Origin: an uncultured Gemmatimonadales bacterium
GTDB lineage: Bacteria > Gemmatimonadota > Gemmatimonadetes > Gemmatimonadales > GWC2-71-9
Assembly: GCA_963779755.1 (NCBI GenBank)
Contig: CAVZZO010000003.1
Coordinates: 1,536,001-1,600,000, forward strand
Reading direction: 5' to 3'
DNA: 64,000 nt
Shown: piece after piece, positions 48,618 to 58,549 of the stretch
Numbering within the stretch: the stretch's first letter is position 1
How the letters are laid out: each line of letters starts with the position of its first letter
Made by a program: the position numbers and the translations under genes
The notes under the pieces: model-generated
The model's database searches: none
What the model was told of the DNA's origin: nothing
What the model saw: the letters and a program-made list of their open reading frames with translations, nothing else

Positions 48618-48986
48618 ATGCTCTGGTACATCGGCTTGGGCAGCGCGCTGGGGGGGATGGGCCGCTACCTGCTGAGCGGGCTGGTGCAGCGGGCCGGCGG
48701 GGCCGGGTTTCCCTCGGGCACTCTGGTGGTCAACATCCTCGGGTCGTTTCTCCTGGGGCTGTTGTTGCGGTACAGCCTGAGCGCTCCCATGGGGCCGAAC
48801 ATGCGCGCGGCGCTCACAGCCGGCTTCTGCGGCGGGTTCACCACCTTCTCCACCTTCAGCTACGAGACGGTGGAGCTGCTGCAGGACGGGCAGTGGGCCA
48901 AGGCGGGGACGTATGTCGGGCTGAGCCTGCTGGTGGGCCTGGCGGCGGTGTGGGCCGGGTTCCTGGTGGCGAGGGAGCTGGCGTGA
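48618..48986 (+). CDS. crcB: Fluoride channel Fluc/CrcB
   Basis: G-ALG---RY, FP-GTL-VN-LGSF and GFCGGFTTFSTF--E. Confidence 0.95.
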   Translation: MLWYIGLGSALGGMGRYLLSGLVQRAGGAGFPSGTLVVNILGSFLLGLLLRYSLSAPMGPNMRAALTAGFCGGFTTFSTFSYETVELLQDGQWAKAGTYVGLSLLVGLAAVWAGFLVARELA

Positions 48987-48987
48987 T

Positions 48988-49092
48988 GGTGAGCGGTGAG
49001 CGGTGAGCGGTGAGCGGTGAGCGGTGAGCGGTGAGCGGTGAGCGGTGAGCGGTGAGCGGTGAGCGGTGAGCGGTGAGCGGTGAGCGGTGAGC
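48988..49092 (+). repeat. Heptamer array (ggtgagc)x15
   Basis: 105-bp perfect array; inverted partner (ctcaccg)x~4 at 49546-49573. Confidence 0.95.
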
Positions 49093-49100
49093 GAATGTCG

Positions 49101-49451
49101 TTATTTCCAGCGATGGATCAATCCCAGAAGGAGCCGCTGGCTTCGGCGACACCGGTCCAGTAGCGGCAGGACCATCGCTTCCGGGACCAGTGACGCGTCG
49201 GACAGGAGTGGCAGCACATCGCCAGTTTCTATGGCTGAACCGTACGCGATTCGGAGATGGCGCCGGCAGGTCGGGCTCCTCATGAAGGCATAGCCCTCGG
49301 CGAGATTGAGCTGTACCGATAGAGAACTCCGCAGCCCCTGATCAAACAGGGGCCGTGCGAACGGCCTGGTATAGTTCCGGCTGAGCCCCAGCATTCCGAG
49401 AACGACGGCTCGGGCTTCCTGCCAGGCAACCAGCGAGGTATGGTCGCGCAT
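49101..49451 (-). CDS. Four-helix-bundle protein (23S rRNA IVP/Avd-like family)
   Basis: L-AWQEA ... Q-LRSSLSVQLNLAEG ... L-IAYGSA-E. Clear paralogue of 23737..24099. Confidence 0.88.
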   Translation of the reverse strand: MRDHTSLVAWQEARAVVLGMLGLSRNYTRPFARPLFDQGLRSSLSVQLNLAEGYAFMRSPTCRRHLRIAYGSAIETGDVLPLLSDASLVPEAMVLPLLDRCRRSQRLLLGLIHRWK

Positions 49452-49583
49452 GAAGCAGGATACGGGAGCGACGGAAACCAGTCGTCATCCAGTAAGCGCG
49501 ATGAGGCACGCCGTTTCGCGCGACGGGCGGCTCTCGGCTTTCCCCCTCACCGCTCACCGCTCACCTCTCACCGTCTCTTGCCC

Positions 49584-49943
49584 ATGCACGGCCTGACCGG
49601 CGAACGCGTCCTCATGCGCATCCACATCGGCGAGAACGACCGCGCCGGTGGGAAGCCGCTCTACGAGGCGATCGTAAACCTGCTGCGGCAGCGCGGCTTC
49701 GCGGGTGCCACCGTCTTCCGCGGCATCATGGGCTTCGGCGCAACCGCCCGGCTGCATACCGAGAAGGTCCTCCGCCTCTCCCTCGACCTGCCGCTGGTCA
49801 TCGAGTGCGTGGACACCCAGGAGAAGATCGACCAGATTCTCCCGGAGCTCGACGGCATGATCGGCGGCGGCCTGATCACGCTCGAACGGGCCCACGTGAT
49901 CATCTACCGGGGAGACAATGCCCAGGGGACAAAGGAGAAGTAG
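49584..49943 (+). CDS. DUF190 (PII-like) protein
   Basis: RI-IGE-D---GKPLYEAIV, GATV-RG--GFG and LSLDLP-VIE-VD. Confidence 0.92.
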   Translation: MHGLTGERVLMRIHIGENDRAGGKPLYEAIVNLLRQRGFAGATVFRGIMGFGATARLHTEKVLRLSLDLPLVIECVDTQEKIDQILPELDGMIGGGLITLERAHVIIYRGDNAQGTKEK

Positions 49944-49995
49944 TTACTTTCCACCCCGTTCCCGTTTCCCTCTTCCACGACTCCCTTTTCTCCAC

Positions 49996-50460
49996 ATGTC
50001 CTCACCTCTGTTCTCCTCGCTCGCCGGCGTCCCCAATCTTTCGGAGCTCGAGCCCACCCTGCTGGTGGGCGGCCAGCCCTCCGCCGACCACCTGCGCGCC
50101 TTCCGGGAGGCCGGCGGGGCGATCGTTCTGGACATCCGCGACCCGATGGAACCGCGGCCCATGGAGGATGAGCGCGAGCTGGTGGAATCGCTGGGTATGC
50201 GCTACGAGAACATCCCGGTCTCCGGCGGTGTGGACGACGCGCTGCTGGAACGGATTCTCACCGTGATCCGCTCGGCCGGAGAGCAGTCGCTGCTCTTCCA
50301 CTGCAACAGCGGCAACCGCTGCGGCGCGGCCGTCATCGCCCACTGCATGCTGGACCTGAACATGGACGAAGAGGCAGCGGTCACCGAGGCGATGCGCAGC
50401 GGGCTGCGCAGCCCGGAAATCCTCCAGTGGGGACTGACGTACGTCGAGAGCCACCGCTGA
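49996..50460 (+). CDS. Phosphatase-like / sulfur-transferase domain protein (CX5R, DUF442-like)
   Basis: GGQPS, V-D-R, GMRY--IPV and HCNSGNR. Confidence 0.8.
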   Translation: MSSPLFSSLAGVPNLSELEPTLLVGGQPSADHLRAFREAGGAIVLDIRDPMEPRPMEDERELVESLGMRYENIPVSGGVDDALLERILTVIRSAGEQSLLFHCNSGNRCGAAVIAHCMLDLNMDEEAAVTEAMRSGLRSPEILQWGLTYVESHR

Positions 50461-50473
50461 CCACTCGCGACCT

Positions 50474-50554
50474 CTCGACCCTCTCGACCCTCTCGACCCT
50501 CTCGACCCTCTCGACCCTCTCGACCCCCTCGACCCCCTCGACCCCCTCGACCCT
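50474..50554 (+). repeat. Nonamer array (ctcgaccct/ctcgacccc)x~9
   Basis: Intergenic tandem repeat. Confidence 0.9.
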
Positions 50555-50679
50555 GCTATACAACTGACACGAGCAGTGTGCCATAAGATCCTGCGACGCC
50601 TCACCCCGCCATCCTTGCACGCCTGAAACCTCACGGCACTCGCGGCCGTCCGTCGCGTGTCCCCACGACGGAGCCGCCC

Positions 50680-52560
50680 GTGATCCCCCGTGTCTCCAGC
50701 GGCCTTCTGGCGGCCGCCCTGCTCGCCGCCTGCCAGTCCGCTCCCGGCGGACAACCCGCTATCCCGGTTGCCATGTTCCGGGGCGATGCCGCCCACAGCG
50801 GGAATTATCCCGGCAGTAGCGATACTTCGTTCGGTGGGCTCCTCTGGCGGGTGCAGACGGGCGGAGCGGTGCATTCGACACCCGTCATGGCGGCGGGCAT
50901 GGTCTACGCCGGCAGCGGCGATCACTACCTCTACGCCATCGATGCCGCCAACGGCGTGGTGCGGTGGCGCTACCGCGCGGCCGGGGCAATCCAGTCTTCG
51001 CCCGCGGTCGCCCGCGGCACGGTCTTCTTCGTGGATCGCGCCGACACCCTCTACGCGCTGGACGCGCACGACGGCACCCGGCGGTGGGCGCGCGGCTTCG
51101 GCCACCCGCTGCCGCTTCCCTGGGGCCACGAGAGCGGCGACCGCTACACCTCGAGCCCGGCGGTCTACGGTACCGATCTCCTGGTGGGCGGCCGCGACGG
51201 CGGACTCTACCGGATCCGGGCCGGCGACGGCCACGTGGTCTGGCGCTACCAGGCCGACGGGCAGATCTGGGACTCTCCCGCCGTGCGCGATTCGCTGGTG
51301 TACGCCGGGGCGACCGACGGGGTGGTCTACGGCGTCAGCCTGGCCGATGGAAAACAGCGCTGGCGCTTCGGCACCCTGGGCCAGACCCTGGGCTCCGACA
51401 CCTTCGGGTTCGACCGCCGCACCGTACAGTCCTCACCCGCCGTCTCCGACTCCACCGTCTTTATCGGCGCACGCGACGGCTTCCTCTACGCCCTGAACCG
51501 CCTCACCGGCGCGCCGCGCTGGCACTACGACCACGACGTCTCCTGGGTCAACACCTCTCCCGCGCTGGCCGGCGGGCTGGTCTTCGACGGCAGTTCCGAC
51601 GGCCGCTTTGTTCAGGCGGTCGACGCCGTCACCGGGGAGGAACGGTGGCGCGACACCACCGACGGCATCGTCTGGTCGTCACCCGCCGTGGCGGAGAACA
51701 TCGTCTTCGCAGGAGACGGCGCCGGGAACCTCCTGGCCCTGGACCGGGCCACCGGGAGGCAGCGTTGGCGCTACCGCGCGGGCGGGGGGATTTACTCCTC
51801 GCCGGTCCCCGGCCCCGGAATGCTCTGCTTCGGCAGTGTGGACGGCGCGATTTACGCCGTACGCCTGCGGAGCGGGCCGGCACTGGACCGCGCGGTCTTC
51901 TGGGACAGTACCGTGGTGCACGGCGGGTGGTTCGCCCAGCACGCCACGGTGCGGGACTTTCTGGCGGGGCAGGATTACCGGCAGCTCGACAGCCGCGGCC
52001 TCATCGGCTTTCTCCAAGCCCACAGCGCCGATGGTGTTCCCAGTGTCGTGGTCTTCGCGCTGGACTACCTCCCGCCCGAGGCCGCGGCCGGCGACAGCCT
52101 GTCCCTGTTCCGGCGCTACCTCGAGGCCGGCGGGAAAGTGGTCTGGCTGGGGGTGCCGCCGCTGCTCTTCCCCCGCGATCCCGCCAGCGGCCGCACCGAT
52201 CTGAGCCGCATCGACCGCTCCGGGCCCGCCCGGCTGCTGGGCGTGACGCACCAGGGCGGGAACTTCGATCCGGTCAGCGCCTCGCCCACCGACGCGGCCC
52301 GGCGCTGGGGCATCGAGGACTGGTGGATCAGCAACTGGTCGGCCGACCCGCAGTCGGTGAGCACCGTGCTGGCGCGCGATGAAATGGGCTTGGCGGCGGC
52401 CTGGGTGAAATCCTACGGCGGGCCCCCGGGAACCGGGTTCGTGCGTCTCTACGGGGGCCAGTGGCAGGGCGGCATGTCGCGGGCGCAGCTGCTGACGGTG
52501 CAGGCGGCGGCGGAGTATATGCCGAGGGGCAAGAAGGAAGAAGTGAGAAGTAAGAAGTAA
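50680..52560 (+). CDS. PQQ-like beta-propeller lipoprotein
   Basis: Lipobox LAAC and repeated SSPAV...G--DG--YA-D--TG--RW blades. Confidence 0.9.
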   Translation: MIPRVSSGLLAAALLAACQSAPGGQPAIPVAMFRGDAAHSGNYPGSSDTSFGGLLWRVQTGGAVHSTPVMAAGMVYAGSGDHYLYAIDAANGVVRWRYRAAGAIQSSPAVARGTVFFVDRADTLYALDAHDGTRRWARGFGHPLPLPWGHESGDRYTSSPAVYGTDLLVGGRDGGLYRIRAGDGHVVWRYQADGQIWDSPAVRDSLVYAGATDGVVYGVSLADGKQRWRFGTLGQTLGSDTFGFDRRTVQSSPAVSDSTVFIGARDGFLYALNRLTGAPRWHYDHDVSWVNTSPALAGGLVFDGSSDGRFVQAVDAVTGEERWRDTTDGIVWSSPAVAENIVFAGDGAGNLLALDRATGRQRWRYRAGGGIYSSPVPGPGMLCFGSVDGAIYAVRLRSGPALDRAVFWDSTVVHGGWFAQHATVRDFLAGQDYRQLDSRGLIGFLQAHSADGVPSVVVFALDYLPPEAAAGDSLSLFRRYLEAGGKVVWLGVPPLLFPRDPASGRTDLSRIDRSGPARLLGVTHQGGNFDPVSASPTDAARRWGIEDWWISNWSADPQSVSTVLARDEMGLAAAWVKSYGGPPGTGFVRLYGGQWQGGMSRAQLLTVQAAAEYMPRGKKEEVRSKK

Positions 52561-52657
52561 GGGGTAAGGGGTAAGGCGTCCCGCTCCACCTCTTACTTCT
52601 TACTTCTTACTCCTTACTTCTTACTTCTCACGTCTCACGCCTCACGCCTTACGCCTT
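52531..52657. repeat. Inverted heptamer arrays (agaagta)/(tacttct) and (tcacgcc) between convergent genes
   Basis: gaagtgagaagtaagaagtaag ... cttacttcttacttcttac. Confidence 0.85.
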
Positions 52658-52665
52658 CCGGCGGT

Positions 52666-53073
52666 TCAGATCTCCCGTCCCCCGCTCCAGCGGTGCCAGT
52701 ACATCCGCATCTCGCTGATGAGATGGCCTTCGGTTTCGCAGAAGATGGCCCCGCGGGCATCCACCCAGTCTCCGCTGCGACGGCGGCGGAAGGTGCACTT
52801 GAACTCCGTGGCGAACCACGGCCCCACCGTGAAGATCTCGCCGCCGGTAAAGGTCACTTCCGACTGGTTGTACGGCAGATCTTTCCAGTAGTCGCGAATC
52901 GCTTCCGTCCCCTCGAGAGGCGGCGTGAACGGGGTCGCGAGGAAGCGCGCGTTGGGCGTGAACACCGATACGATGGTGTCGGCGTTGCAGCGGCTCCAGC
53001 CCTGGCCGAACGTCTCGATCAGGGCCGCGCCCAGGGCGCGCAGGTCTTCCGGGGAGGATGGGCTCGTGGACAT
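52666..53073 (-). CDS. NTF2/SnoaL-like protein
   Basis: F---W, FT-NA-F---PF----G--AI--YW and I-EMRMYW. Confidence 0.8.
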   Translation of the reverse strand: MSTSPSSPEDLRALGAALIETFGQGWSRCNADTIVSVFTPNARFLATPFTPPLEGTEAIRDYWKDLPYNQSEVTFTGGEIFTVGPWFATEFKCTFRRRRSGDWVDARGAIFCETEGHLISEMRMYWHRWSGGREI

Positions 53074-53105
53074 GAGGGCGGTCGGCAGACCGGACAGCGG
53101 GGATT

Positions 53106-55760
53106 ATGTTCCTCGGGACGATGCTCCCCAAGATAATCGGCCGCCTGCTGCGCTGCCTTGCGCTGCTCTGCCTCCCGGCGGGGGAGCTTCAGGGCCAGAC
53201 GCCCTGCCCTGCCTCCGCCGGGGAAGCGGTGGCGTCCGGCTGGCAGGCGTACCGCGCCGATTCCATCGGCCGGGCGGAGGATCTCTTCTCCCGCGCCGAC
53301 CGCGCCTGCCGCCGGAACCTGGATGCCAAGGTGGGCCTGGGATACACCGCCCTCCGGCAACAGCGGCTCGATCGGGCCGATTCACTGTTTCTCCTGGTGA
53401 TCCGCGCCGACACCGCCAACGCCGACGCCTGGGAGGGGCGCGCCCTGGTGGCCAACCGCCGGGGCGACGTAAAGGGGGCGGTCGCCGCCCTGCGCCGGGT
53501 GGTCGCCCTGGCTCCCGGCAACCAGCCGGCCCGCAGGCTGCTGGACCGGCTGGCGCCGGCGGAGCGGCCGCCGCGCCTCCCGGTGCGCATCCCGGACACG
53601 CTCACCGCGGAGGCGCGGGTGCGGGGCGAACACTTCGAAGTACCCGGACCGAACGGCTGGCAGCCGTTCTATATCAAGGGGCTCAACTTCGGCGTGGCCC
53701 TGCCGGGCCGGTTTCCCAGCCAGTTCCCCACCGACTCCGGTCTCTACGCCGCCTGGCTCGACACGCTCGCCGGCATGCACGGCAACACGGTGCGGCTCTA
53801 CACCATCCTGCCGCCGGAGTTCTATCGCGCGTTGCGGGGACACAACCTTGCCCACCCGGATGCGCCCCTCTGGCTCATCCATGGAGTGTGGACCGAGCTG
53901 CCGCCCCGGGACGATTTCGAGGACTCCGCCTGGCAGGCGGAGTTCCATCAGGAGATGGAACGCGTGGCGGGTGTGATCCACGGCGCGGTAGACATCGCCC
54001 CCCGCCCCGGGCATGCTGCCGGGCACTACGATGCGGATATCTCCCGCTGGACCCTGGGCTATATCATCGGCCGGGAATGGGAGCCCTACGCGGTGACGTC
54101 CTTCGACTCGGCGCGGGCCGGCAGCATCGGCCGGTACGACGGGGAGTACCTCATGGCCGAAGGCCCCCCGATGGACGTGTGGCTGGCGCGGCAGTGCGAC
54201 TATCTCCTTTCATACGAAGCCTCGCGCTACCGCACCATCCGCCCCATCGCCTATACCAACTGGCCCACGCTCGACCCGCTCAGCCATCCGACCGAGGCCT
54301 CCGTGGCCGAGGAGCAGGTGTGGCGCGAGAAGGCGGGTCGGCCGCTGGCGTCGCCCACCCATGAGTATGACAACGACGTGATCGGCCTGGATGCCAACCT
54401 GGTGCAGCCGACCGCCGCCAACCCCGCGGGCTGGTTCGCCTCCTATCATGCCTATCCCTACTACCCCGATTTCATGCTGTACGATCCGGGCTACGGCGAG
54501 GCCCGCTCACCCGAAGGTCCCAGCAACTACTTCGGTTACCTGGAGGACCTGCGCCGCTACCATAAGGGCCTGCCGCTGGTGATCGCGGAATACGGGGTGC
54601 CCTCGAGCCGCGGGATGGCGCACCTCCAGCCCCAGGGCTGGACCCACGGCGGCCACGACGAGCGCTCCATGGCGGAGATCGACGCGCGGCTCACCCGCGA
54701 GATCCGGCAGAGCGGCGCCGCCGGCGGGATCCTCTTCGCCCTGATAGACGAGTGGTTCAAGAAAAACTGGGTGGTGGTGGATCTGGAACAGCCCGCGGAA
54801 CGGAACCGCCTCTGGCACAACGTCATGGACGCAGAGCAGAATTACGGCGTGCTGGGGATGTATGCCGGCGCGGCCGATTCCGCCCCCCGCCTGGGCGGCG
54901 ATCCCGCGGCCTGGACGCGCGGCGGCCCCCTGGAACTTGCCCGGGGACTCGGCCCGGCTTTCGGCCCCCACGGGCTCTACGTGCAGTCGGACGAAAGCGC
55001 GATCCATCTGGCGCTCAGCCTGAGGGGCGCCGGCGGCCGCCCCTTCCCCTGGGATTCGCTCCATATACTCCTCGCCATCGATACCTACCTGCCGGGCCAG
55101 GGCCAGCACCGGCTGCCCGACCGCCTGGCCACCAGCGACCTCGGGTTCGAGTTCCTGGCCCGTTTCGACGGCCCCGGAGATGCCCGGCTGGACATCCTGC
55201 CGGACTACAATCCCTATGCCGGCCCACCCGGCCCGACGGGTGACGACATGGGGCGGTTCTATCATCGCCCGGTGACCATCCGCGACCGCTGGGATGGGCG
55301 GTTCGACAGCCTGTACGTGACGGTCAACCGCGCGCGCTTCGGACGGGACGGGACATTCTTCCCGGCGCGCGGGTACAACCGGGGCCGGCTGCGCTTCGGC
55401 ACGGCCGCCGAGTCGTCGCTGTCGGACTGGTACTATGACAGGCAATCCGGACTGCTGGAGCTGCGCCTTCCCTGGATGCTGCTCAACGTCTCCGACCCGT
55501 CTTCGGCGACGGTGCTCTTCGAGCGGCAGATCCGGCCCGACTTCGGGACCGCGCAGACCACCGGTTTTCACTTCGGCGCGCTGGTCTACCGGCCGGGCAG
55601 AGGGCCGGCGCCGTTCGCCGCGCTGCCGCTCCTCCGGGAGGGCCGCTGGCGCAGCGGCGATTTCCCGGCCTGGACATGGAAGACCTGGGAGGTGCCCCAT
55701 TACCATGAGGGAGCGAAGGCCGCGATCGAGGCAATGCGGGAGGCCTGGGGCGAGAGGTGA
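53106..55760 (+). CDS. Secreted TPR plus glycoside-hydrolase-like TIM-barrel protein
   Basis: Signal peptide and TPRs, then FYIKG-N-G, NTVRLYT, IGREWEP, SYH-YPYYP, IAEYGVP and F---DEWFK. Confidence 0.75.
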   Translation: MFLGTMLPKIIGRLLRCLALLCLPAGELQGQTPCPASAGEAVASGWQAYRADSIGRAEDLFSRADRACRRNLDAKVGLGYTALRQQRLDRADSLFLLVIRADTANADAWEGRALVANRRGDVKGAVAALRRVVALAPGNQPARRLLDRLAPAERPPRLPVRIPDTLTAEARVRGEHFEVPGPNGWQPFYIKGLNFGVALPGRFPSQFPTDSGLYAAWLDTLAGMHGNTVRLYTILPPEFYRALRGHNLAHPDAPLWLIHGVWTELPPRDDFEDSAWQAEFHQEMERVAGVIHGAVDIAPRPGHAAGHYDADISRWTLGYIIGREWEPYAVTSFDSARAGSIGRYDGEYLMAEGPPMDVWLARQCDYLLSYEASRYRTIRPIAYTNWPTLDPLSHPTEASVAEEQVWREKAGRPLASPTHEYDNDVIGLDANLVQPTAANPAGWFASYHAYPYYPDFMLYDPGYGEARSPEGPSNYFGYLEDLRRYHKGLPLVIAEYGVPSSRGMAHLQPQGWTHGGHDERSMAEIDARLTREIRQSGAAGGILFALIDEWFKKNWVVVDLEQPAERNRLWHNVMDAEQNYGVLGMYAGAADSAPRLGGDPAAWTRGGPLELARGLGPAFGPHGLYVQSDESAIHLALSLRGAGGRPFPWDSLHILLAIDTYLPGQGQHRLPDRLATSDLGFEFLARFDGPGDARLDILPDYNPYAGPPGPTGDDMGRFYHRPVTIRDRWDGRFDSLYVTVNRARFGRDGTFFPARGYNRGRLRFGTAAESSLSDWYYDRQSGLLELRLPWMLLNVSDPSSATVLFERQIRPDFGTAQTTGFHFGALVYRPGRGPAPFAALPLLREGRWRSGDFPAWTWKTWEVPHYHEGAKAAIEAMREAWGER

Positions 55761-55854
55761 GGCGTGAGGCGTGAGGCGTGAGGCGTGAGCAGGGAAACGG
55801 GAAAGGGAGAGAATGGGAAGAGCCAGGGCAGGGATCGGGAATCAGGAATCAGGA

Positions 55855-57469
55855 ATGGGGAGCGTCACCGCCACCCGCTCCCGATTCCTGATTCCTCGTC
55901 CCACCTTGCGACCGGCACTACTGCTTGCATCTCTACTGATCCTGCCGGCCGCCCGACTGGCCGCCCAGATCCCGGCGGCCGATTCGGCCTTCGCGGCCGG
56001 GAGCTTCGCCGCCGCCAAACGGCTCTACGAGCAGGTGCTCCAGTCCGATCCCCGGAATGCCCGGGCCCTCTACCGGCTGGGCGTGCTCGCCTCCTGGGAC
56101 GGGAAGCTCGACTCCGCCCTGGTGCTGCTCCGCCGGGCGCGCGCGGGAGGAGCCGGATGAGCCGGACCTGATGAACGCTGAGGCGCGCGTGCTCTCCTGG
56201 GCGGCGCGCTACGGCCCGGCCGTGCGCCTCTACGACAGTGTGCTGGTCGCTCATCCCGACAATACCGATGCGGCGGTCGGCAAGGCGCGAACGCTGGCGT
56301 GGGCCAATCAGCTGGGCCGGGCCGACAGTGCCTTTGCGGCGATTCTGGCGCGCCAGCCCTACAACGAGGAAGCACGGGTCGGCCGGGCACAGACGGAATC
56401 GTGGCGGGGCGATTTCACCAGCGCGGTCGCAGGATATCGCGCCGCGCTGGAACGGGACAGCAGCAACGTCGCCGCCCGGACGGGGCTCGCCCAGGTATAT
56501 CTCTGGCAGGGCCGCTACTTCGATGCCCGGCGCGAGATCCGGCGTTCCTGGGCCCTCGACACCAATCATCATGATACGCGGTTGCTGCGGCAGCAGATCC
56601 GGGCCTCCATCCGGCCCCAGGTCGAAGGTACCGCAGCCTGGAACCGCGATTCCGACCACAACACCAGCTGGTGGCAGACGCTGACCACTTCGCTCGCCCT
56701 GGCCAACCGGCTGCGCGGGTTTGCCCAGGCGGGCCTGCTGGAAGCGAGCGATCCGGTCCGGAACGCCACCCGGCTGAGCGGCGAAGCCGGCCTGTCCTGG
56801 GTGCCCGGCAACACCCACGTGACGGTGGCGGGCGGCGCCCGCCGGCTCGAGCCGGACAGCGCCCCCGCGCGGACCGAGCCGACCTACCGGGCATCCATCG
56901 GCTATCGTTTCCTGCCGACGGCGGGGATCGGTGCCGGGTACGCCCACTATCCCTTCGACGAAACCGCGCTGCTGATCGGACGCCACCTGGACGTGGACGA
57001 GGTCTCGGCGGACGGCGACTGGACCATCCGGCGCGGACTGTCGCTGGGCGCCGGCGCGTCCCGCGCCTGGTTCAGCGACAACAACACCCGCACGGCCGGC
57101 GTGCTGGCCCTGACCCAGACGGTGCAGCGGCGCTTCTTTCTCGGCGCCTTCGGCCGGGTCATGGAGTATGACTTCAAGGGCTTCGGCTACTTCTCGCCCG
57201 ACCGGTTCAGCCTGCTCGAGGGCCGGGGCGGGTATGTCTATGAGGGGCCGGTGTGGACCGCGCGGCTCAGTGGCGGGCTGGGCATTCAGCAGATCGCGAA
57301 GGGAGCCGCCAGCCAGAGCGAGTGGCATCTGGAGGCGCGTCTGGGCCGGGCCTGGGGCGTGGCCAACGCGGTGGAGGTCTTCGGCGGCATTACCAACAGC
57401 GCCGCCTCGAGCACCACCGGAGCGTTCCGGTACGGCACGGCGGGCGTTACTATCCGGCTCGGTCTGTAG
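55855..57469 (+). CDS. TPR-repeat outer-membrane beta-barrel protein with a frameshift near 56146
   Basis: Signal peptide and first TPR in one frame (to 56160); further TPRs, amphipathic strands and a YFSP motif in the next frame. Extra G in gcgggagg. Confidence 0.7.
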
Positions 57470-57504
57470 ATCCCGACATCGGCGCTCGTCACGGAGGCAG
57501 CGGC

Positions 57505-58407
57505 ATGGCCGGCAAAGTCCTGCGGTGGCTGGGTATTATCGTGGCGGCGGTGGTCGTGCTCATCGTGGTGGCGGTGGGGTCGATCTACCTGCTCAGCTCC
57601 CGCCGCCTGGCAAAGACCTGGAAGATCACCCCGGAGAGCGTTGTCGTCCCCACCGACTCGGCCAGCGTCGAATACGGCCGGCACCTCGCCACCGCGCGGC
57701 TCGGCTGCGCCGATTGCCATACCGCCGATCTCGGCGGACAGGTGATGATCAACGACGGCGCCTTCGGCCGCTTCGTACCGGCCAACCTGACGCGCGGGCA
57801 GGGCGGCGTCGGCGGACACTACACCAGCGAGGACTGGGTTCGCCTGCTCCGGCACGGTGTCCGCCCCAACGGTACCGCCGTCACCCTGATGCCGGTCCAG
57901 GTCATCGCCGGACTCAGCGACCACGATCTGGGCGCGCTCATCGCCTACCTCGAGTCGGTCCCTCCGGTGGACCGCGAGCTGCCGCCCAGCAAGCCCGGGC
58001 CGATCGCCCGGATGCTGCTGGTCACCAACAAGGCGCCCCTCATTCCGGCCGAGGTCGTGAATCATGTCACCCGCCAGCCGGCCGTCGGGCCCGCGGTCAC
58101 CGCCGAGTACGGTCAATACCTGGTGGAGACCAGCGGGTGCCGGGAATGCCACGGCCAGCATCTGAGCGGCGGCAAGGTCGGGGGCGATCCGTCATCCCCC
58201 GCCGCGACCAATCTCACCCCCACCGGCCTGGGCGGCTGGAGCGAGGCGGACTTCTTTCAGTCGCTGCGCCAGGGCAAGCGCCCCGACGGAACCGCCATCA
58301 GCGACTACATGCCCTGGAAATCGTTCGGGAAGATGACCGACGACGAGCTGAAGGCGGTATGGCTGTATCTCCAGACCGTTCCGGCGCGGCCTACGGGACA
58401 GGGCTAG
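57505..58407 (+). CDS. Membrane-anchored diheme cytochrome c
   Basis: N-terminal TM, CADCH, CRECH, NLT, and MP axial-ligand motifs. GGAGG RBS. Confidence 0.92.
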   Translation: MAGKVLRWLGIIVAAVVVLIVVAVGSIYLLSSRRLAKTWKITPESVVVPTDSASVEYGRHLATARLGCADCHTADLGGQVMINDGAFGRFVPANLTRGQGGVGGHYTSEDWVRLLRHGVRPNGTAVTLMPVQVIAGLSDHDLGALIAYLESVPPVDRELPPSKPGPIARMLLVTNKAPLIPAEVVNHVTRQPAVGPAVTAEYGQYLVETSGCRECHGQHLSGGKVGGDPSSPAATNLTPTGLGGWSEADFFQSLRQGKRPDGTAISDYMPWKSFGKMTDDELKAVWLYLQTVPARPTGQG

Positions 58408-58417
58408 GGTCCGGAAC

Positions 58418-58549
58418 GGTCAGACATGCCTGAGGAGTGGTCAGACATGCCTGAGGAGTGGTCAGACATGCCTGAGGAGTGGTCAGACATGCCTGAGGAG
58501 TGGTCAGACATGCCTGAGGAGTGGTCAGGCATGCCTGACCACTCCTCAG
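58418..58549. repeat. 21-bp tandem repeat x5 ending in a perfect 36-bp palindrome
   Basis: (ggtcagacatgcctgaggagt)x5; palindrome at 58514-58549. Confidence 0.95.

Noticed and set aside
48163..49451. Diversity-generating retroelement (Avd-like genes)
   Set aside because: I saw no reverse transcriptase and no TR/VR pair with adenine-specific mismatches in the window.
49495..49545. Fluoride riboswitch near crcB (gcgatgaggcacgcc)
   Set aside because: It resembles only the 5' part, lacks the downstream CTGATG..CTAC element, and lies downstream of crcB.
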